Source of the DNA: Azolla caroliniana | Taxonomy: Eukaryota; Plantae; Polypodiophyta | Assembly (NCBI GenBank): GCA_043228905.1 | Contig: JBHGNT010000006.1 | Coordinates: forward strand, 7,502,001-7,566,000 | Direction: 5' to 3' | Length of the DNA stretch: 64,000 nt | Part shown: positions 1 through 10,929 of the stretch, one piece after another | Position numbering within the stretch: the first letter of the stretch is position 1 | Layout: every line of letters starts with the position of its first letter | Notes under the pieces: generated by a model | What the model was told of the DNA's origin: nothing | The model's database searches: none | What the model saw: the letters and a program-made list of their open reading frames with translations, nothing else | Position numbers and translations under genes: made by a program

Positions 1-65
1 CCATCATAGGAAGGAGACACATCGAATGTGATCTCCTCTCATAATAAGCTTACCCTAGTGGGTTT

Positions 66-186
66 GAAACCCAATTTTCTTACCTCTATTATATACTTCA
101 TATATATTCTCTTAATTCACTAGATGAAACCCAATTTTTTTGCCTCTATTATATACTTGATATATATCTCTTAATTCACTAGATGC
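66..186. repeat. ~60-bp tandem duplication
   Basis: tgaaacccaatttt...ctctattatatactt.atatat.t.ctcttaattcactagatg occurs at ~66-126 and ~125-186. Confidence 0.8.
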
Positions 187-197
187 CATTATAGAAT

Positions 198-309
198 GTA
201 GGGGTTGAACCCATGACCACCTACTCTCTATTGGGCAACCTTACCAATTGAGCTCTCTCTCTCTCTCTCTCATGACCACCTACTCTCTATTGGGCAACCT
301 TACCAATTG

Positions 310-314
<5 letters not shown>
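198..314 (-). mobile_element. tRNA-derived SINE-like fragment, partly duplicated, abutting (CT)n tracts
   Basis: Minus strand reads AGCTCAATTGGT (Pol III A-box-like)...GGGTTCAACCC (B-box-like) at 254-198. The 5' half is repeated at 271-314. No acceptor stem, so not a tRNA. Confidence 0.4.
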
Positions 315-350
<36 letters not shown>

Positions 351-532
351 GCCATACTTAAAGACACCACCTAGAAGGTTGAGCTCATATGTGTATGCCT
401 TATTCACACATAGAGACTTTGTGCTTCAATGTATGAATACCCCTTCTTAGGAAGGAGACACATATCAAGAACACATGTATACTTTGGTCTCATAAGTCAA
501 AATTAGCCTCTTTATGGACAACAAAAGCTTCT

Positions 533-535
<3 letters not shown>

Positions 536-572
<37 letters not shown>
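536..572. repeat. (CT)n microsatellite
   Basis: Pure CT dinucleotide run; further runs at ~253-270 and ~313-346. Confidence 0.95.
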
Positions 573-577
<5 letters not shown>

Positions 578-1244
578 ATCAAATTTGATCGATAGTGGCC
601 TCAAAAATATATAATATATGCATAAATACCATGAATTGACATGATACAGCTATATTCTTCAAACTATCACCTTTAGGATTCTACCATCTTCCAATAGTGT
701 TCAATATTCAAGGCCTTGGCCCCTTGGCCTTTCTTTTACATCAACAATATTATTGAAATGATACCTTTAGAATTCTACCTCTTACAACATTGTTTAAGTG
801 CAACAACATTGTTTAAGAACATTTATGGCCTTGTCCATTCTTGTTTCTCTTTACTATTGATTTTTATATAGCCAATCAAAACAGTGCTTAACGAATGGTA
901 AAGAAATAAGGAAACAATGATTGTAAAAAACTAGTTATTGGCAATTGGAAAGTGGAAAACAATACAATATAGACAATTAATGGCAACTGAAAAGCACAAA
1001 TAGGATGATTGCACATCATGTAAGCATCCAACTTAAATTCAATCTTTCACTATTTCAAATTTGAGATAATGCACACTTTTAAGGTTCTCCAAGAACCATA
1101 TTTACAAAACGCTTTCATAGTCCCAAGGTGGAAGACAGTATGATATTCATCACTAAACTCTTGAAAAGTATAGTTTGCAAAAAAATGGAGTTATCTAACA
1201 ACTGGTTGTGACAGAAAATGATGGTCTGACCAAGCAATATGTAT

Positions 1245-1547
1245 GGATAATCATCACATTACAGAGGTAGCATCATAAAGTGAAATGAGCTTATTGAGAA
1301 AGTGGATCCATCTATTACAAGTGACCTTAGTGTGTGTATCAGCTTACCACAGCCTGAACTGAAGCCATTGACAATTTATGGGTTAGCAAGCTACTCAAGA
1401 GGGTAGTAAACATTATCTGAAAGCGCAAAAAACTCTTGACATTGTATCATACAACATGACAACCATACAATCAGTCTATATATGGATAATCATCCCATTA
1501 GAGAGGTTGCATCATAAAGTGAAAAGAGCTTATTGAGAAAATGGATC
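1245..1547. repeat. Dispersed direct duplication (~65 bp)
   Basis: tggataatcatc.catta.agaggt.gcatcataaagtgaaa.gagcttattgagaaa.tggatcc at ~1245 and ~1482; attgtatcatacaacatgacaaccatac also at 1441 and 1635. Confidence 0.75.
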
Positions 1548-3393
1548 CTATTCTATTACCTTTCAATTTCATCTTACCTACCACTGCCTCAACCAAGTGA
1601 GCTTACAAGCTTTTACCAGCTTTGGTTTATATGTATTGTATCATACAACATGACAACCATACTAGTGACTTTCTTAGTAACTCTACATGAAGTAACTGCT
1701 CCATAATGTACCCATTTGCTACTAATTGCAAATAACAGAACTTCCTACTTAGTGATCTGAGACATACTCCCTTGCAAAAGTTAAAAGACCTAATGAATCA
1801 GATGTTTTTTCACCAAATATAGCAATATATTGCACATATGCTATATTGAGTGCACTTTTCAATATGAAATACAATTTGAACTTTGACGCCCAAAGATAAA
1901 TCTAGACCACGTATTAACCATCAGAACTAGACAGCTAAGATTTTGCCAAGGATCAATTATATGGATGTCGGTAACAAGTATGCAAAATTCATCTGATCAC
2001 ATCATCAACCATGTTAAAGTTTTAACCACACATTGGACACATGCATGTGATGTTCACATACAAAAGAAGTGTACATATAGAATGAATCATTACAAGCAGA
2101 AAACAAATTAATTCGGTTTGTTTATTAAAGGGAATACAAAACCTTCAGCGGTATATTATCTATGCAGTTCTGTCAAACTACATACTCCTTAGAAAGAGAA
2201 AGTGATCTGACAAGAGAAAATCAACAAACTAAATTCTACTATATGAATTATAACCAGAAAAAGTACCATGAGAATGAGATGAGGATATTAATGGATCACA
2301 ATGGGTTGTAATATCTCATATAAACGATTCGTAACCCTTTCCTCTACGCAATACACATGAATATAATACATATTCACCAGAAGTGACTCTGTAGTATAAC
2401 TTCTACTCAAATTTGCATTTAACGATACAGCATCACGTAAATGCTAGATGTTTAAAAACTATCTGACCCATGGCCAAAGTAGTCGCGCAAGCCAAATTAT
2501 CACTAACGACTGCAAAGGAAGCCCATGTCTATTTGAACCAACCCACACCCCTTTGGAGAAAATCCCCTCCAGGCAACCTCAGTGGCTCTTCATAACAAAA
2601 GAACTAGACAATAAAAATAATTCCATTACCAACGGCACTCCATGAAATGAGTATGTGGACGCCTAACATCAGGCTACAGTTGAAATATGGCAGTATCATA
2701 CCACGTGACTGAAGAATATTTGATTTGGGAGCCGAGAATAGTTTAGAATTGAGATGATGGCACTCCATCTAGGTGATGTTGTCAAATATCATGCCAGCTA
2801 CAATTGGAAATATTGCCACCTCTCTACACACTTAACTGGTCTTCTAAAATATGTAATCCATACTGCAAACTACAGATCAAATATTTCTTTCATCTAGAGG
2901 GCAGATACAAGCTCATATAAGAGAACACATAACTCATGATGCATTGGTCGAAAATGTTAATCAGGAACAAGCCTTACATAGAAACTATTCCCATGCTACT
3001 TATCAAGCCTGACATAATTGATAAACCTGATCAAAACCCAGTAGTTTTGCTATTGTTAAGGCATGCACAAATATTATGTGCACTTTCTTATGAAATATTT
3101 TAGAATTTTAGAAGAAAAAAACATCAAAGGATGGTTGGTTATTATCTTCGGAGTTCTTATCTTATACCAACTACTAAGCTAAAAAGAGAAAAACTGAGTA
3201 CTTTCACCATCGTTAAAGACATGTTTGGTGCTGTTGTTTATGATAACTACAACTCTTTACAAGATTGACGAAATTTGGAAGATAAAAAATAAATTATCAG
3301 TTGATATTATCCTAAGAAGTTCAGACATCACAATTAGTTAGTGAAAAGAGAGGAATTCTGAGTAACTTCACCATCATTGTTTTTAAGCAACTA

Positions 3394-6300
3394 CTATCTT
3401 CCATTCGCTTTTGGTCCTTGAGAAGCAGCAGCAGCAGCAGCAGCTGAAGTAGACATGAAAATGAGAAATCATGAACCATAAAGCTAACAGAAATCACATT
3501 AACAAAGAATATTGAAAAAATAAATGGGAATCACCAAAATACACCCAGGTTTTTGGATATTGTGATATACATAAGCAGGAAGGAAACCTCTTTTGCATTT
3601 TTGGTGGACAGACACTCCACTTATATAGAAGCCCAAATAGGCTGTTACACATGCGCGTAGACCAAATGGGCTATGTCCAGGCCACCTAACCATTACACAT
3701 GGTAGCCGCATGGGCTACGCGCACAGTGCCTCGCATGGGAGTGGTTGGAACCAAACTGAACCAGACTGAGAGGACGAACAAAACAATTAAGCAGATCATC
3801 TCCACCTATGTGGATCCTCTACACCAGGATTGGGACCAGACCCTACCTTTTGCAATCCGCACATATAACATTCGTGCAAGCATCAACTAGGATCAGCCCT
3901 TTCCACGCGCTATATGGTCAAGATTCTCGACTGCCTCCAAACCACCCGATCAGGTACAGGTGAACCCCTAGCACGCGGACGCCACGGAATGGTCGATCTA
4001 CTTGAACCACCCACTATTGTGACAAACCGTGCAGTACAATTTGCCGGTCACACAGCAACAGAAAATCAGGCATAAAACCACCCTGTTCGACCCACCTTCC
4101 ATCTGGGGGACACAGACCATCTATATTTCCCCTTGCGTTATCCCGGAATATGAATCCCTCCTCCACCACTAGGTAGGTCCTTACATTGTCATTGAGCAGA
4201 TCAGCCCCAACACTTAAAAGCTCAGGTGATTGGAGGGTGGCACACTCGCTACAGCTCATGTATCGCGCATGAAGCGCATTCCTTGCCCGACATCCCCAAG
4301 TAACTCAGCAGCCACCACGACACCAGCCCAATCCGAACCCTACCATATGCCAAGATCAGCCCAGGTTCGGTCCAAAAGGGGGAGGTGTGGAGAGGGGCCA
4401 GCCGAGTCCAGTTCAGTCCTGGTCTGGTTCCAGCCACTTCCTTGCGAGGAGCCATGCAAGAGATGAGGCATGCACGTAGCCCATGCGGCCGCCAGGTATA
4501 ACGTTTAGGTGCCATTTGCGTAGCCCAAATCATTCAGGTCTCTATTTAAGTGGAACGTATGCCAAAAGGGCAGACGAGGTTCCCCTTCCTTCTTGTGTAT
4601 ATCACATATTGTGGACTCGCACTGGCCAAGTCCAATTCAGTCCCACCCTGGTAAGGTCCCAACCATTCCCATGGGAGGCTCCATGCGAGACACCATGCAC
4701 ATAGCCCAAATGGGCTATGCGCATGTGTAACAGCCCATTTGAGCCTCTATATAAGTGGAGTGTCTGCCCTGGGCATGAAAAGGGCAAAAGAGGTTCCCCT
4801 TCCTTCTTGTGTATATCACATATTGGTGGAGATAACAGGTTGTTCTCCCCTATAGCCAACCCCTCGGCCTCGGCCCAGCCATTCACATGTCAGCTCATAA
4901 ACGCTCCAAAATGCTCATTGACCTTGAGGACGATAGTGTGAACTCCGGCCATTCCCCACAAATGGAACAAATGTTCCAAGCCATGACAAACCTCGTCCTC
5001 CATGTAATGCATAATAATTAATCCATAATGAAGTTCATATCTTCACAGCATCAGCCCACCCACCTCCCTCAAGCAGCGGGAACTCCGAGCTGTCAAGCTC
5101 AATCTTTTTCTAGTCTCCTGACGAAGAATATCCTTGCCTAGACAAACCACTTTGAGAATGTTGCTAACTATTAATGGTGGTTTGATGACCAGAAGGCCCA
5201 CGAGATCAATATGTTTGTCAAAGGCATTGTGGCAATGTGGTTGATACAACAACCCACTGCCTATGAGGGGCCGCAAATTCTATCATGATTGCTTGATTGC
5301 AATGGGTTGTTGTATTGACCACATTATCGCAACACCTTCAAGAAGCGTATAGATCTAGTGAGCCTTCTCGTCATCAGACCGCCAATGATAGTTAGCGACA
5401 TTCTCAAGGTGGTCTATCCAAGAGAAGATATCCTACGTTGGGAGACCTGAGAAAGATTTGGGCCAGATTTGTTGGGTTCTTGAAATCTTTGATTTTTGTA
5501 AGAAAACTGTCCATAGAATCCCCTTCATTCATGTGCTCGATCTCCAATTGTTTTCGGAGATAAGCAACACGAGCCTCATTTCTTGCTTGGTACAAAGTGG
5601 TAAGAGTATCCCAAGCATCCTTTTGCTGTCTTGCAAGAGCGAATATGGGGAATAATGGCACGCTTCACAAACAAAGCTATCAAAGCATGTGCCTGAGCAT
5701 CTCTACCATCCCAACGAAGTTGCTCTGCAATTGGTACAATAGAAACTGTAGCATGGGCATCAACAGGATGATCAACATCCTCGACAGAATCAGTACCATC
5801 AGCATTTGTGTTCTCAACAACAGGACGTTTTTCAGCCCCTTGAACCACATTCCACAACCCCTTTGCTACTAATACATGGTGCATCATATAAGCCCAAAGA
5901 GGGTAATTTGTTCTATCCAATTTATCCTCAACAGCAACCATCCGAAATATATCATTGCTCTCAGCAATGGCCGAGGACTAAACACGTTTTGATGTAAAAA
6001 ATGGATTGTTGAAGGGAATAACGTACCTCTTTGACTTGAAAGATGAACAAGTGAAGAGAAAAGAGAAGCAAATCTGATTTCTGAGGGTTATAGGAATGTC
6101 TTGGAAGACTCAAGGAGGCGTTTTCTAGGATTGAATCGACTTGGAAGCAGAAAAAAAAAACACAACTGAAACTGCACAGAGAAAGAAAACACGCAAAAAT
6201 TTGTTTTTTCAACATCAAAATCAAAGCGACATTTGAGCAGCAACACAACGGCTCTCATACGCAGTCCGTCTGTGCCATCTGTGGTGGCGTTTTTCTGCTG

Positions 6301-8924
6301 TTGAAAAAACAAATTTCTAAGTGTTTTCTTTCTCTGCTTAGTTTCAATTGTGTTTTTTTTTTTTTGCTTCCAAGTCGATTCAATCCTAGAAAACGCCTCC
6401 TTGAGTCTTCCAAGACATTCCTATAACCCTCAGAAATCAGATTTGCTTCCCTTTTCTCTTCACTTGTTCATCTTTCAAGTCAAAGAGGTACGTTATTCCC
6501 TTCAACAATCCATTTTTTACATCAAAACGTGTTTAGTCCTCGGCCATTGCTGAGAGCAATGATATATTTCGGATGGTTGCTGTTGAGGATAAATTGGATA
6601 GAACAAATTACCCTCTTTGGGCTTATATGATGCACCATGTATTAGTAGCAAAGGGGTTGTGGAATGTGGTTCAAGGGGCTGAAAAACATCCTATTGTTGA
6701 GAACACAAATGTTGATGGTACTGATTATGTCGAGGATGTTGATCATCCTGCTGATGCTCATGCTACAGTTTCTGTTGTACCAACTTCGTTGGGATGGCAG
6801 AGATGCTCAGGTACATGCTTTGATAGCTTTGTTTGTGAAGCGTGCCATTATTCCCCATATTCGCTCTTGCAAGACAGCAAAGGATGCTTGGGTATAAAGT
6901 GGTTGGTAGTGATGTGTGTGAACACACTTAGGATAGTGATGTGTGTGAACACATTTAGGACAGTAATGTGTGAACACACTTAGGACAATGATGTGTGTGA
7001 ACACACTTAGGACTACAGGGGCATTTTTTCCCTCTTTATGAGGTTTTTCCCCCTATCTAAAAATACTCTTAGAAACCTAAAGTGGTGAAGCTTTTTGGGA
7101 TTCAAAGCAAGAACCCAACAAGATTTGGGAATTGGCTCAGAAGCTATGAACTGCATGATGGATTAACTGGTATGTGTTACCTTGAGGACGAGAATCTTCG
7201 TTGCTTAGAGCATTTGCTCCATTTGCAAGGAGTGGCAAGAGGTCGCGCTATAGTCTTCCTCACGGTGGGAGAGCATTACAGAGTGCTCATGAGCTGACAT
7301 GATGAACAATTGGGCCAATAATTAAGTCTACGATCGCCAATAATTTAGTTTTAACGTGAACCCAACCATGAATCTACAGATTAGTGGTTTGGAGATCGCT
7401 TGAACTATTTGGTTTGTGCTTGAAAGTTCCTCAAACGGTTCGGTATGAATAGTTTTGATTTAAACGCTTGAACTATTTGGTTTGGTTTGGTTTAAGTTTC
7501 AAAAAATTTAAATGATTTGAGTTTGAGACTCACAAACTGAACTGAATCAAACCATTGCCTATTACTGATTCTTAGAACACTCCAAGAAATGGTTATTAAA
7601 AGGAGGGAAATACACTAGCAAAGAAGAAAGAATGATAGGGCAAGTCAATGATAACCAAAAATACATGATCAATACAAAACCAAAATTGTTTTGTCAAACT
7701 GTAAAGGATATTTTTGACAAAATATTTTGTTTTAATAATAAAATTCTATTAGATACTACTTAGATTTATAAACTAATTAATTCCGAAAATAGTTTATCAC
7801 TGAAACTAGCATCAGAAACTAGTTCAATGCTTTATATACACATATATATATAATATAATTGTTTATGTATTTAGTTAGTTTATGAATTTGTTTCTTATTT
7901 TTGGAAACGAACAAAACCTTAGAACCATGAAATATTTCTGATACCAACATGAGAAACACCAAAACATACCCACAACTTCTTTAAATTGATACCATAATGC
8001 CCCCTAAGTTTTCAAAAATGGGAAAATACCCCTGATAGTAGGATTTGATATTAAAGAGAGGTTAAGCTTTCAAATTTTACTGAATAACCCCTTTAATAGT
8101 ATCACCTTGTCTAACAGAAGGGTAAGTAAAGCTTCCAAATTTACCAAAATATCCCTCTAGAAGTGGAATTTTGTATTGTCAAGGTCGGACAATTTCAGAT
8201 TTCAACAAAATAACCTGACTAGACCACTTTCTAGTAATATTCTAGTGAGGGTGTTCAAGTAAGTTTTGAGAACTTGGATTCACATACACACAAAGTCAGT
8301 ACACAGTAAAACCAGGCTTTCTGTATTCTCTATATTGCCAAAGCAAACACAACCAAAGAATTTTACGTTACCTTTGGCACGTTTCTCCTCTTTTTCTATT
8401 TTCCTTACTTCTTGGATCTTCTCCATTCTATGCTTCACAGTTCGAATCTTTGCAGTAAGTTCTCGTCTAGCTCTGTTAAGCTTCTTGTAATGCTTGGCAA
8501 GCTTCCGACGCTCAGAAGGTTTCATGTAGTATCTCTTCTCTCTGAGCTTATCTTCGATTTTAGTGTTAAGCATCTTCTTCCTATATACCTTAACAGCAGC
8601 ATCTATATCATTATCAATGACCTCTACATAGACATGGCGTACCTGTTGCTTCTGATGATGAAGAAAGAGATGATGACGATGACATGGACGAAGGTCAGAA
8701 ATTTCTTGAACTTTGGAACTCTGCCATTTCGTTATCAGAGAGGAGAAAGTTCTACCTCCGTGGGAGATTCTCCGAAGATCCTCTGCGGAAGGAAACGAGT
8801 TTTTGATCGTTCTTCCTTCTATTACTTGAGGAGGGGACCTGGAAGAAGGTCCCATGAGAGCTGAAGGAGAAACGCAGTGCTTTTTGCATCCTCTGAGGCT
8901 CGCGAGGCGTCTGCACAGATCCAT
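3394..8924 (-). CDS. rps21: Ribosomal protein bS21 family, mitochondrial type (2 coding exons, ~200 aa)
   Basis: Exon 1 8924-8372: Ser/Arg-rich presequence, then QQVRHVYVEVIDNDIDAAVKVYRKKM...REKRYYMKPSERRKLAK (S21 core); donor AAAG|GTAACG, phase 1. Exon 2 3443-3394: acceptor ttcAG, completes the phase to give AAAAAAASQGPKANGR*. The exon 2 assignment is inferred from phase and splice signals. Confidence 0.8.
3561..3760 (-). mobile_element. Inverted partial copy of the Gypsy LTR found at 4386-4820
   Basis: Reverse complement reads ...cgcatgtgtaacagcc...ctatataagtggagtgtctg...aaaagaggttt...gtatatcaca, matching 4699-4820. Confidence 0.8.
3760..5463 (+). mobile_element. Degenerate Ty3/Gypsy remnant: integrase, PPT, LTR, LTR, PBS, gag fragment
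   Basis: Integrase-like NQTERTNKTIKQIISTYV...DWDQTLPFAIRTYN then SPFHALYG; PPT aaaaggggggagg 4374-4385; LTR1 4386-4606 (TG..CA); LTR2 4610-4820 (TG..CA); PBS-like TGGTGGAGAT 4824-4833; broken gag-like frame after ~4960. Confidence 0.7.
5097..5463. repeat. Diverged inverted repeat, arms ~165 bp, 38-bp spacer (Gypsy gag-like sequence)
   Basis: Reverse complement of 5097-5260 (cagtgggttgttgtatcaaccacattg...ggagactagaaaaagattgagc) aligns with 5299-5463 (caatgggttgttgtattgaccacatta...ggagacctgagaaagatttgggc). Confidence 0.85.
5464..6214 (-). mobile_element. Ty1/Copia 5' leader and gag N-terminus fragment (DUF4219/UBN2-like), frameshifted
   Basis: MVAVEDKLDRTNYPLWAYMM...GLW...WDGRDAQAHALIAL...TAKDAWDTLTTLY...ARVAYLRKQL...M.EGDSMDSFLTKIK. 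Confidence 0.85.
5610..6892. repeat. Long near-perfect inverted repeat, arms 5610-6214 and 6299-6892, ~84-bp spacer
   Basis: Identical ORF starts on opposite strands (5941- and 6573+). Arms align from TGTTGAAAAAACAAATTT to GGATGCTTGGG. The right arm lacks 11 bp (ttgcagagcaa) at a caa microhomology. Confidence 0.97.
6909..7012. repeat. Minisatellite, ~26-bp unit x4
   Basis: gtgatgtgtgtgaacacacttaggat/c repeated four times; the core gtgtgtgaacacac also occurs in the solo LTR at ~10806-10820 (minus strand). Confidence 0.9.
7330..7567. mobile_element. Degenerate MITE of the same GGTTT/AACC-rich family as 36316-36812
   Basis: ggtttggtttggttt/aactgaactgaatcaaacc subterminal repeats; right end aaaccattgcctattactg resembles the TIR of 36316-36812. 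Confidence 0.45.
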
Positions 8925-10413
8925 CCTTTCTATTACTTCTTCTTCTGCTGCTGCTGCTTCTTCTTCTTCTACTTCTCTTCAGCAAAACCTCATAAAAAAA
9001 CTTGAAAGTTGAAAGGGTTTTGGGAATTCTCCAAGATACCCCTCTCTGTTCTACTGTATTCTATTATGTTATTGGGTAATGTCAAAACATACCCTCCTGG
9101 GAACTTAGGACAACCCTCACTCTGGTCTGTGTGTGTGTGTGTGTGTGTGTGTGCGCGTGCGCGAGCGTACGGGTAATTTTGGAACGAATATTACCAAAAG
9201 TTGCTTGGAACTCATGGCTATGTATTATTACCCTACCCCACTCAACAATTCTGAGTTTTAAAACATCCCAAATATGCCCTCCTGACTTCGTGATTCTAAG
9301 GTGTCCAAGTGCTTCTCTATGTCCTTTGGCTTAGCAATTGATCCAGCACGACAAACTGGAGACCCTATGTGAGCCAAAGTTAGGGATGATGGGGTTGTCC
9401 ATATAAAAATGAGAATGATTATGACGGAGTATAAATAGAAATGTCTCAACTTATAATTCAACAATCGTTGAAGCGATTGAGCTCCCTTGATTCAAAATAT
9501 TGTTATCGATATAATTGATCTACCCCTCGTTGTTTTGAAGCAAAATCTTTATGTAATGATCCCTTGTCAAGAAGTTGAGCAATTCATTATTTTTAATATA
9601 GTTAATCAAGTTATAATATTGTGCCAGTTTTTTTTCACAAGATGCCCCAAGGCCTTGTCGAAAAGGTGGCACTTCATTCTTTTCAATATAAATTTAAAAA
9701 CTTAATATTGATTTTTATTCACTATTATGCACAATAAAAAGGGGTGAGATTTCTAATGCAAGGAAACATTTAGATGCACATTTTGAAGGGTGGTTGAGCC
9801 ACAAGTCTCTATATTTTTGCACATCCATTGCTTCATCATCCTTCATCCATTGTTGTCCACAATACCTAATTTGGTTGTCCTTGTTATAGACTATTTGCTC
9901 ATTGTCATTAGTCCAACTATCAATTGTCGTCTAAGTTATCAAATAGCTATTGATTCAACTTGATAATTGCCTATCGCCCATCACTTGCCTCTTGACTATT
10001 AATAGCTAATCATCGATCCAATTGTCTTGCTTGACCATAGAATCAACTCCACAATTTGCCATCTCATGGCTCTTGGCAATGAGCTATCAGCCATTGGCTT
10101 GGTTACCGGTTAAGTATGGATTAAGTATGGGCAAGTGTAAGTGGATTTTGCCTCATCCTTCTCGCTCTCGATTATGCTAGTTCAACTTCTCCTTTGTTGA
10201 CTAAATTGTGAACGGTGATGTAAATAGTGGCAACATCCATTAGTGGTGGTGTCCGAATGGTAGCGATGACGACATTGACAAATACAATGGCAACCATGGT
10301 AATAACAAACCGATGGGGTGCAGCCCCCAAGCAACAACAAACCAAGGTCAATTGAATCACTGGTAGTTTTGAATATCAACATTGGTGATATGGTGAAATG
10401 TTACATGTGGTGG

Positions 10414-10848
10414 TGTAAAGAATCGAGCCTCTATGCAACGGAATAGATTAGAGACATTGTGTGTTATATGTGTGTGAAAGAGGCGAGAGGAGAGACACAA
10501 GATAGATAGGAAAATAGAATATTAATGATGTATATTGATAAGGAGTAGAGAATAGCAAGTAAAAAGGTAATAGTATTACAAGGGGGATTAACTGACAATT
10601 ACAAAGTAGGAGGATGGTGCTTTATATAAAGTCACCCTCTCTCTTCATTAACTCACTAACATCCACTCTCTCTAGTAACTATAGAAGCTCATGTGTCATG
10701 GGGAATGTGGAAACTAATTAGTTATGTGTCATAGAATATTAATCTATGACACATAGTTAATGTGTAAAAAGTAGTGGTGACCTTTGACCTTTTCAGTGCA
10801 CAAAGGTGTGTTCACACACTAAACATAGGTTGAGTTTGATTCTCAATA
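10414..10848 (-). mobile_element. Solo LTR (Copia family of 41180-45480)
   Basis: Minus strand starts tattgagaatcaaa and ends ...ctttaca. Shares blocks with the LTR at 45204 (tgtcatag..tatgacacataa, gagag.gtgact..tata.agcacc.tc.cct). Flanks ggtgg/ggtag form a 5-bp TSD with one mismatch. Confidence 0.65.
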
Positions 10849-10929
10849 GGTAGAATTACATATTAACATAGTGTTACTCTATTTATATGAGCGAAGACAA
10901 CATTCGTAATATAATAACAAAGGAGGAGA

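Noticed and set aside
198-254. tRNA gene
   Set aside because: Has A/B-box-like motifs but no acceptor or anticodon stem pairing
1300-2780. Possible additional minus-strand exons (AG...GT-bounded pieces near 2770-2702, 2180-2143, ~1350)
   Set aside because: No consistent reading frame or recognisable protein; could be UTR exons but cannot be supported
6909-7012. CRISPR-like array of ~26-bp partly palindromic repeats
   Set aside because: Units are contiguous with no unique spacers, there are no cas genes, and the context is eukaryotic. It is a minisatellite sharing a motif with a Copia LTR.
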